From Pseudomonadota bacterium (GTDB lineage Bacteria > Bdellovibrionota_B > Oligoflexia > Oligoflexales > CAIYRB01): 27,470 nucleotides of DNA. Below the pieces are notes generated by a model. The model was not told the DNA's origin. It was given only the letters and a program-made list of their open reading frames with translations, and did not search any database. Position numbers and translations under genes: made by a program. The DNA lies in assembly GCA_031416315.1 (NCBI GenBank), contig JANOTL010000088.1, forward strand, positions 1 through 27,470. Direction: 5' to 3'. Within the stretch, counting starts at the first letter, position 1. Every line of letters begins with the position of its first letter. Of the stretch, positions 23,324 to 27,470 are shown in pieces.

Positions 23324-24516
23324 AGTAGCTTTCCTCCGCTCTCGAACACGTGGTCGCGGCGGTCGCGGTACTCGTACCGAACTTCCAGACCTTCCGGCTC
23401 TTTGCTTAGATCGATGTTAATGGAAGGCAGCGTGAAATTGAACTGCGCGTCCAAACGCGTCAGGAGATCGACCGCGAGCCACTTCGAGGAGCCGACGGCG
23501 CGGTACTCGAGCTTGGCGCTCACGATCTCGTTCGACGCCAAGCCGTCGAAGGCCTTGGCGAGGCCGGAGACCTGGGCGACGAAGGCGTGCAGCGGGGCGC
23601 CCGTCTTCGCGTCTCGGGAAGCGATCTGGGTCGACATGATCTCATCATTGCCGGCGAGCATGATCGTGGCGATGGTGACGGGGGCGGCGGTCGTGCCGGA
23701 GTAGACGCCGATGGACTTCAGCTGGGTCGCGACCTGGATGCCTTCCTTGCCGGAGTCGGGCTGGCCGTCGGAGACGAAATAGATTTCTTTCGCCGCATCG
23801 GCGCGACCCGCGGCCAGGAGCGCCGAAGCGCGAGTGAGGCCGGCCTCGTAGTTGGTGCCGCCTTCGATGTTGCAGATGACGTCGGCGATGTCGCCCACGC
23901 CGGCCAGCTCGGTGAAGAGCAGGTTGACGTTGTCATAAAGACGCGAGGAAGTGCGATCGAGATCCGAGTTGAAGGTGACGACGCCAAAATTGGCGGCGCC
24001 CCCCGGCAGCGCGAGGAGGACCTGGCGCACGGCTGCGAGCCGGCCGCAGTTGCTGCCGGTGCGAGGATCGTTCTGGCCCATGGAGCCCGAGGTGTCGATG
24101 ACGAAGACGATGTCCCGCTTGAGGGCCGCCGGCGGGCACAGGCGGCCGCTGAGCGTCACCTTGGTGCCGGAGACCTGGTCCGGGTCGAAGCGGTGCGGGC
24201 CGACGCCTTGGAGGACGAGGGACGAGTCGTCCGCCGCCTTCGGCACGCTCGTCGGATCGGACTCGCACTGCCAAAACCAGTTCAGTCGCTTGTACGCGGG
24301 GTCTCCGGACGGCGGCGGCGGGATCACCGGCGCCGGGGCGCCCGGGGCCGGAGGCGCCGGGTCGGGTGGCGGCGCGGGCGTCGGCGCCGGGGATATGACG
24401 AGATCTGCGGACTTTTTCGCGCTCGGCCCTTCGAATTCGGTGTCGTTCCCGCAGGCGGTGAGCTGTCCCACCGTCGATAACGACGTCAGCAGCAGAATCG
24501 TTTGAAGCTTGCGCAT
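23269..24516 (-). CDS. Von Willebrand factor A (VWA) domain lipoprotein
   Basis: Start ATG 24516 (MRKLQTILLL...LTA-C lipobox). Pro-rich linker. Intact MIDAS: DIVFVIDTSGSM, GGTNY, FVSDGQP. Confidence 0.9.
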   Translation of the reverse strand: MRKLQTILLLTSLSTVGQLTACGNDTEFEGPSAKKSADLVISPAPTPAPPPDPAPPAPGAPAPVIPPPPSGDPAYKRLNWFWQCESDPTSVPKAADDSSLVLQGVGPHRFDPDQVSGTKVTLSGRLCPPAALKRDIVFVIDTSGSMGQNDPRTGSNCGRLAAVRQVLLALPGGAANFGVVTFNSDLDRTSSRLYDNVNLLFTELAGVGDIADVICNIEGGTNYEAGLTRASALLAAGRADAAKEIYFVSDGQPDSGKEGIQVATQLKSIGVYSGTTAAPVTIATIMLAGNDEIMSTQIASRDAKTGAPLHAFVAQVSGLAKAFDGLASNEIVSAKLEYRAVGSSKWLAVDLLTRLDAQFNFTLPSINIDLSKEPEGLEVRYEYRDRRDHVFESGGKLLWTVEDVLPPVADELPPP

Positions 24517-24747
24517 TGGGATCGTCCTCCAGGCCACACGCGAATTACCTGGAGGGGTCCTCGGAGATTTTGGGGAAAGCTTGAAGGCGCGGTCGAAACC
24601 CGGTGGAATCAAGGGCCTTCCTGTGCGCCATTCGGCGGCCTTTGGCGGCAACCCGCCCGGCCTTGTCAAGATTTCAGGCGATCTCCCGAAATTCTGCGTG
24701 CAAGGACGCAAGCAAAATTCTTTTCGCGTCGCGCGAGGGAGACGAAC

Positions 24748-25404
24748 ATGAAGTTCATCGCATTGAAGATGGGACTGATCGCCGGGTTGGCGCTCTCCGT
24801 CCACGGTTGCTCCGGGGACCAGCAGCAGGAAGAGGCCATCGAGAACACCGAGGGCGAGAACGAGGCCGGCGGCAACCAGGCCGCCGAGGGCTCGGGCAGC
24901 GGCGAGGAAGAGAACGAAGAGGGCAACGCGCCGGCCGAAGGCGGAGAGGACGGTGAAGGCGGTGAAGCCGACGGCGAAGACGCCACCGGCGACGAGTCGG
25001 CCGAAGGGGGCGAGGCGCCTGCCACGGACGCCGCTACGGACGCGCCAGCGACCGAGGCTCCGGCCGCGGACGCCACGGCGGCAGCCGCTCCCACGGGGGC
25101 TCCGGCTGATGCCCCTGCTGCCGGCGGCGCAGCCCCGGCCGCGGCCGCTCCGGAAGGCGGCGGCGTCGATCCGAACCGCGTGGTGCGCTTCGTCGTCGCC
25201 GACGGCACGGCGATCAAGTCGGCGGCCAACGACACGGCCGGCGCGGCCGGTACCTTCTCGCAGGGCGACATCGTCATGGTCGTCATCGAAGGCGAGTGGG
25301 CGAAGCTCAACGACCAAGCCTTCGTGAAACTCTCCGACCTCTCCGAGAAAGCGGTGCCGCGCATGAAGGGCAAGACCGCCTCGTGGTCCGCCGCGGGCGG
25401 CTGA
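24748..25404 (+). CDS. Lipoprotein with a long acidic/Ala-rich disordered linker and a C-terminal SH3b-like domain
   Basis: ATG 24748 after GAGGGAG. Cys after a hydrophobic stretch (VHG-C). E/G/A-rich tract. C-terminal VRFV...AIKS...GTFSQGDIVMVVIEGEWAKL...FVKLSDLS is SH3b-like. Confidence 0.8.
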   Translation: MKFIALKMGLIAGLALSVHGCSGDQQQEEAIENTEGENEAGGNQAAEGSGSGEEENEEGNAPAEGGEDGEGGEADGEDATGDESAEGGEAPATDAATDAPATEAPAADATAAAAPTGAPADAPAAGGAAPAAAAPEGGGVDPNRVVRFVVADGTAIKSAANDTAGAAGTFSQGDIVMVVIEGEWAKLNDQAFVKLSDLSEKAVPRMKGKTASWSAAGG

Positions 25405-25438
25405 GGACGGGATCCGGCAGGAGCGCGACGCGTGCCTT

Positions 25439-25447
25439 TGCTACAAT
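25439..25447 (+). promoter_or_regulatory. Extended -10 promoter element upstream of mlaE
   Basis: TG-C-TACAAT about 40 nt before the TTG start. Confidence 0.5.
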
Positions 25448-25486
25448 GACCCTGGGAGCCCCATCACGGCTCCTGGGGAGTTTCCG

Positions 25487-26278
25487 TTGGCGTCTTTGAC
25501 CCGCAGCATCTCGCTTTTCGGCGAGCTCGTCATCAGACCGGTGACCAACGTCGGCAAGTACGTCACCTTTTTCGGCGTGTCGGTGCAGCGCGTATTCTAC
25601 CCGCCGGTCCGCTGGAAGCTGCTCTTTCGCCAGCTCGAGTTCGTCGGCAACAAGTCCTTTGGCATCGTCATCATCTCCGCCGCGATGATCGGCGCCGTCT
25701 TCGGCCTCATCCTGGGCGACATCTTCCGGACCTTCGGCGCGGAGTCGATGCTCGGCGCGGCCTCGGGCATAGCACTCGCGAAGGAGCTGGCGCCGGTCAT
25801 GACCGGATTCCTCGTCACCGCCCGCGCCGGCTCGTCGATGGCCGCCGAGATCGCGACGATGCGGGTCAACGAGCAGATCGACGCGATGCGCGTCATGGCC
25901 GTGAACCCTTACGGCTACCTCGTCGCCCCGCGCATCGCCGGCGCCATCTTGATGCTGCCGCTTCTTTGCTGCGTTTTCATCCTGACCGGCGTCTTCATGA
26001 GCTTCGTCGTCGGCGTCACCTTCTTCGACATCGACGTCGGCACCTTCTTCGAGAAAATGCGCTGGTTGGTGAAGCCGAAGTACATCCTGCAGGGAATGGA
26101 GAAGGCCGCGATCTTCGGGGCGATCTTGTCTTCCGTCGGCTGCTACAAGGGGTTTTACGCGGGTGGCGGCGCGAAGGGCGTCGGGAAGGCGACCACCGAC
26201 GCGGTGGTGATGTCGCTCGTCGCGATCTTGGTCGTCGACTACTTCATCAGCTTCTTGCAGTACGACAAGCCGTTCTAA
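25487..26278 (+). CDS. mlaE: MlaE-family lipid ABC transporter permease
   Basis: Motifs KELAPVMTGFLVTARAGSSMAAEIATMRVNEQIDAMRVM, YLVAPRI and GGGAKGVGKATTDAVV. TTG start after GGGGAG. Confidence 0.95.
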   Translation: MASLTRSISLFGELVIRPVTNVGKYVTFFGVSVQRVFYPPVRWKLLFRQLEFVGNKSFGIVIISAAMIGAVFGLILGDIFRTFGAESMLGAASGIALAKELAPVMTGFLVTARAGSSMAAEIATMRVNEQIDAMRVMAVNPYGYLVAPRIAGAILMLPLLCCVFILTGVFMSFVVGVTFFDIDVGTFFEKMRWLVKPKYILQGMEKAAIFGAILSSVGCYKGFYAGGGAKGVGKATTDAVVMSLVAILVVDYFISFLQYDKPF

Positions 26279-26285
26279 ACTCAGT

Positions 26286-27470
26286 TCAGAAGAACAAGTG
26301 CAGCTGCGACGTAATCCCCTTCCGCGACGCCTTCGCCTCTGCCTTCGTCGTCGGATCCTTCGTCGTCTCGTTCCGGATCTCGTAGACCGTCATCAAATCG
26401 ACGCCCGGAAGCAGGAACGAGCGGACGCCCAATTTGATCTCGTTCGAGTCGCCCGGCAAGAGCTGCACGTTGGTGTTCCCGCGCGCATACGCCAGCGTCA
26501 CGTAGTTCTCCCGGAAGAACTGCGTATAAGTGTCCAACGTCATGACCCCGCCCTGCCGGTAGTCCTGCGTGTCGATGTCCCGCTTCAAGCTGACGGCGTC
26601 GAAGCCCGCGACGGTGCGCCCGAGCTTCGCCGCGCCGCCGATCGAGTGCATCTCCACCTGCGTCGTCTTCGGCGCGAGCCCCTCGCGCTCGTCGCTCGTC
26701 CGCCAATACGAGTAGTTCACGGAGCCGCCGAAGGAGACGAAGCGCATGCCGGTGTTCGCCGCGAAGCCCTTCGTCTTGTCTTCGGGGTCGCCGACCTGCT
26801 TTTGCACGACGTGGACGTTGAGGTAGGGCACGTTCGGCGCCGTGCCGAACGACAGGGCGTTGAAGAGGACGTTGTAATTTCGCGTCTGCCCGGTCATCGC
26901 GTAGGTCGTCATCTCCTGAGCTAGCGCGTAATGGTCCGGGACGTAGTTGCCGAAAAGCGGCTTATAATAGCCACCCATCACGAAGATGTTGAACGCCAGG
27001 TCGTCGACGAGCGCGTAAAGGCTCCGCATCTTGACCTGGCTCAGCATGTCCTCGTACTTGGCGTTCTCCGCCGGATTCCCCTGCATGCGCCCTTCGTAGA
27101 CCAGGTGCAGGTTGCGATAAAGGGGGCGATGCCGGACGGCGAAGTCGACGTCCATCAGGAAGCTGTTCCAGCGCTCGGCCTTCACCGACTCGCCGGCGAC
27201 CTCGGACTCGAGATCGAAGCGCACGACCTGCCAGCGCACGTCGCCACCGGCGTCGGTCTTCGACTGCTCGACTTGACGGTATGGGTCTTCCTGCGGGATC
27301 TGATAAAGGAACTCGTCGCGCGACTCGCTCTTGCGGAACTCGAGGCCATCACGCTTGTAGAGCTCCTCCGGCGGGGCGACGTTGGCGATCTCGACGTGCG
27401 GGAAGCCGATCTTGCCGGGACCCTTCTTCTTCTTTGCGCCCTTCTTCTTCTTGTCGTCGTCGCCGTCCTT
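26286..27470 (-). CDS. Probable outer-membrane beta-barrel protein, 5' end outside the window
   Basis: The frame stays open from 27470 (KDGDDDKKKKGAKKKKGPGKIGFPHVEI...) through to the stop at 26286. Amphipathic beta-strand patterns and a C-terminal SQLHLFF beta-signal-like end. Confidence 0.75.
   Translation of the reverse strand, partial: KDGDDDKKKKGAKKKKGPGKIGFPHVEIANVAPPEELYKRDGLEFRKSESRDEFLYQIPQEDPYRQVEQSKTDAGGDVRWQVVRFDLESEVAGESVKAERWNSFLMDVDFAVRHRPLYRNLHLVYEGRMQGNPAENAKYEDMLSQVKMRSLYALVDDLAFNIFVMGGYYKPLFGNYVPDHYALAQEMTTYAMTGQTRNYNVLFNALSFGTAPNVPYLNVHVVQKQVGDPEDKTKGFAANTGMRFVSFGGSVNYSYWRTSDEREGLAPKTTQVEMHSIGGAAKLGRTVAGFDAVSLKRDIDTQDYRQGGVMTLDTYTQFFRENYVTLAYARGNTNVQLLPGDSNEIKLGVRSFLLPGVDLMTVYEIRNETTKDPTTKAEAKASRKGITSQLHLFF

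Noticed and set aside
23269..25317. 682-aa version of the VWA ORF
   Set aside because: The N-terminal ~267 codons are the antisense shadow of the plus-strand lipoprotein and the intergenic DNA. A clear lipoprotein signal starts at 24516.

Overview
GC-rich bacterial window. The gene content (many secreted proteins and lipoproteins, a TPR/winged-helix/DeoR regulator, an IS1-like ORF) suggests a Bdellovibrionota/Oligoflexia-like or other deltaproteobacterial genome; this is inference only. The centrepiece is a tightly packed + strand operon (about 4951-14569) that reads as a benzoxazole-type secondary-metabolite gene cluster. It encodes a secreted LRR protein, a short aspartate kinase, a GriH/GriI-like pair for 3-amino-4-hydroxybenzoate (3,4-AHBA), a NatAM-like amidohydrolase, a NatL2-like phenylacetate-CoA-ligase-family enzyme and a second adenylating enzyme. 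These are followed by a tailoring cassette that I do not recall from characterised benzoxazole clusters: heme-oxygenase-like diiron enzyme, cupin, SAM methyltransferase and OsmC-family protein. A regulator is transcribed divergently from the operon. The left end holds the tail of an IS1-like transposase, a candidate ~110-nt structured small RNA with its own promoter and terminal hairpin, and a ~340-bp hexamer-flanked inverted repeat. The right half holds a large Cys-rich lipoprotein, a DUF808 membrane protein, a frameshifted CxxCH protein, bolA and rdgB head-to-head with start codons 12 bp apart, TPR, VWA and SH3-like exported proteins, a lone mlaE-type permease and a partial outer-membrane barrel. 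All calls come from reading motifs by eye; no database searches were run.
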